Assembly (NCBI GenBank): GCA_021821785.1
Contig: JAKACD010000001.1
Location: 125,495 to 189,494, forward strand
Source of the DNA: Thermoplasmata archaeon
GTDB taxonomy: Archaea > Thermoplasmatota > Thermoplasmata > Lutacidiplasmatales > UBA184
DNA length: 64,000 bases
Direction of reading: 5' to 3'
Both the position numbers and the translations under genes were made by a program. This document shows, piece after piece, positions 63,163-64,000 of the stretch. Within the stretch, counting starts at the first letter, position 1; every line of letters begins with the position of its first letter. A model generated the notes under the pieces. It was not told the origin of the DNA. It ran no database searches and saw only the letters and a program-made list of their open reading frames with translations.

Positions 63163-63293
63163 GAGCGCGGCCTAGCACGGCCCCTATGTTTCTCTTGCGG
63201 AGCGGCGCCCGGGCGGGGCGGTTCGCGCAGCAAATGGTAAATACCGTGCCCCGAGTGGCCGTGCCCTTGACGGCCGCCGAGACCGCCGCGGCC

Positions 63294-63524
63294 ATGGGAA
63301 GCGGGACCGTGAGCGAGCGACCGGTGCCCCGACCCCTGGGTGCGGGCGACTACACTCGCTTCGAGCGCGCCCGCATCCTCGGCGCGCGGGCGCTCCAGAT
63401 CTCGCTGGGCGCTCCCATCCTGATCGATGTGCCGCCGACCCTGGTCGACCCGGTGGAGATCGCCGAGCGGGAGTTCTCCGCGAATCGGATCCCGATCACC
63501 GTGCGCCGGGGCGCCCGGACCTGA
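63294..63524 (+). CDS. rpoK: DNA-directed RNA polymerase subunit K (Rpo6)
   Basis: Contains [27 protein letters not shown]...[19 protein letters not shown]. An alternative in-frame ATG exists at 63234. Confidence 0.88.
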   Translation: MGSGTVSERPVPRPLGAGDYTRFERARILGARALQISLGAPILIDVPPTLVDPVEIAEREFSANRIPITVRRGART

Positions 63525-63551
63525 CCCGCGGGACGTTCGGTTTCGACTTGG

Positions 63552-64000
63552 TCAGACGCTCGCGTGATCGAGCGCCTGGGCGCACGTGCAGCCTGGCGGT
63601 TTCGCGATCGAGGGAAGGAAGGCCGCCAATAGACGCCCCATCCGCTCGACGTTGCGGTGCATCGTCTCCACGATCTCCTTCGCCTCGACCGGGCGGTCCG
63701 CCCAGACGTCGAAATCGGTGACCATCGCGAGGGAGACGTAGCAGAGGGCCCGCTCCCGCGCGAGGGTGACCTCGGGTACGAGGGTCATGCCGATGACGTC
63801 CGCCATCGTCCGGAAGAAGGCGGACTCGGCCCGCGTGCTGAACCGCGGCCCTTCGACGCAGACGTACGTCTTCCCCTCGGCGAACGGCGTGCCGACGGCC
63901 CGTCCGGCCTGGGCCGCCGCCCGCGAGAGATCCGGGCAGAATGGGTCCGCGAGGGAGACGTGGTAGACGCGCCCGCCGTCGTAGAACGTGGTCGGGCGCT
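63552..64000 (-). CDS. mtnP: S-methyl-5'-thioadenosine phosphorylase (5' end outside window)
   Basis: The frame is open to the window end. Contains YVCVEGPRFSTRAESAFFRTMADVIGMTLVPEVTLARE. Confidence 0.88.
   Translation of the reverse strand, partial: RPTTFYDGGRVYHVSLADPFCPDLSRAAAQAGRAVGTPFAEGKTYVCVEGPRFSTRAESAFFRTMADVIGMTLVPEVTLARERALCYVSLAMVTDFDVWADRPVEAKEIVETMHRNVERMGRLLAAFLPSIAKPPGCTCAQALDHASV

Noticed and set aside
1-64000. Mobile elements, prophage or defence islands.
   Set aside because: I recognised no transposase, integrase, terminal inverted repeats, restriction-modification genes or toxin genes. The only toxin-antitoxin-like hint is the orphan HicB-like frame at 60323-60580.

Overview
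High-GC (about 70%) chromosomal segment that is archaeal by gene content: ribosomal protein L40e, RpoK, Pcc1, LysW, geranylgeranyl reductase, archease, and a tRNA without encoded CCA. AT-rich TATA-like boxes sit about 25-35 nt upstream of start codons, which implies mostly leaderless mRNAs. The window is densely coding. About 70 genes are supported, and many are coupled by ATGA/GTGA stop-start overlaps. The main blocks are as follows. (1) A heme locus. It has a radical-SAM/SPASM gene, a CopD/HemJ-like membrane gene and ferrochelatase on the plus strand, plus a seven-gene minus-strand operon hemA-hemC-hemD-hemB-hemQ(chdC)-hemL-hemE. This is the coproporphyrin-dependent branch, which is unusual for archaea. 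(2) A LysW-carrier arginine/lysine cluster, argG-argH-lysW-lysX-lysY-lysZ-lysJ-lysK, including a 53-aa lysW missing from the ORF track. (3) Housekeeping genes: ileS, trxB, GGR with ferredoxin, an ABC-2 exporter, serA with a class V aminotransferase, trmI, tRNA-Gly(GCC), ggt, rpoK, and a partial MTAP. (4) A MoxR/DUF58/DUF4129 membrane module. No rRNA, CRISPR array, transposase or integrase was seen. The observations most worth follow-up are listed here. The hybrid heme pathway has no recognisable coproporphyrinogen oxidase. A diverged in-frame ferrochelatase fragment lies 2.5 kb from hemH. Two or three genes have conserved N-termini, and for the archease and GNAT-like genes TATA spacing too, pointing to an ACG codon instead of ATG/GTG/TTG. 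Two structured non-coding stretches were found. Two AT-rich islands share TGTAA/TTACA half-sites. Several unusual domain fusions are present. All functional calls come from reading motifs by eye. No database search was run.
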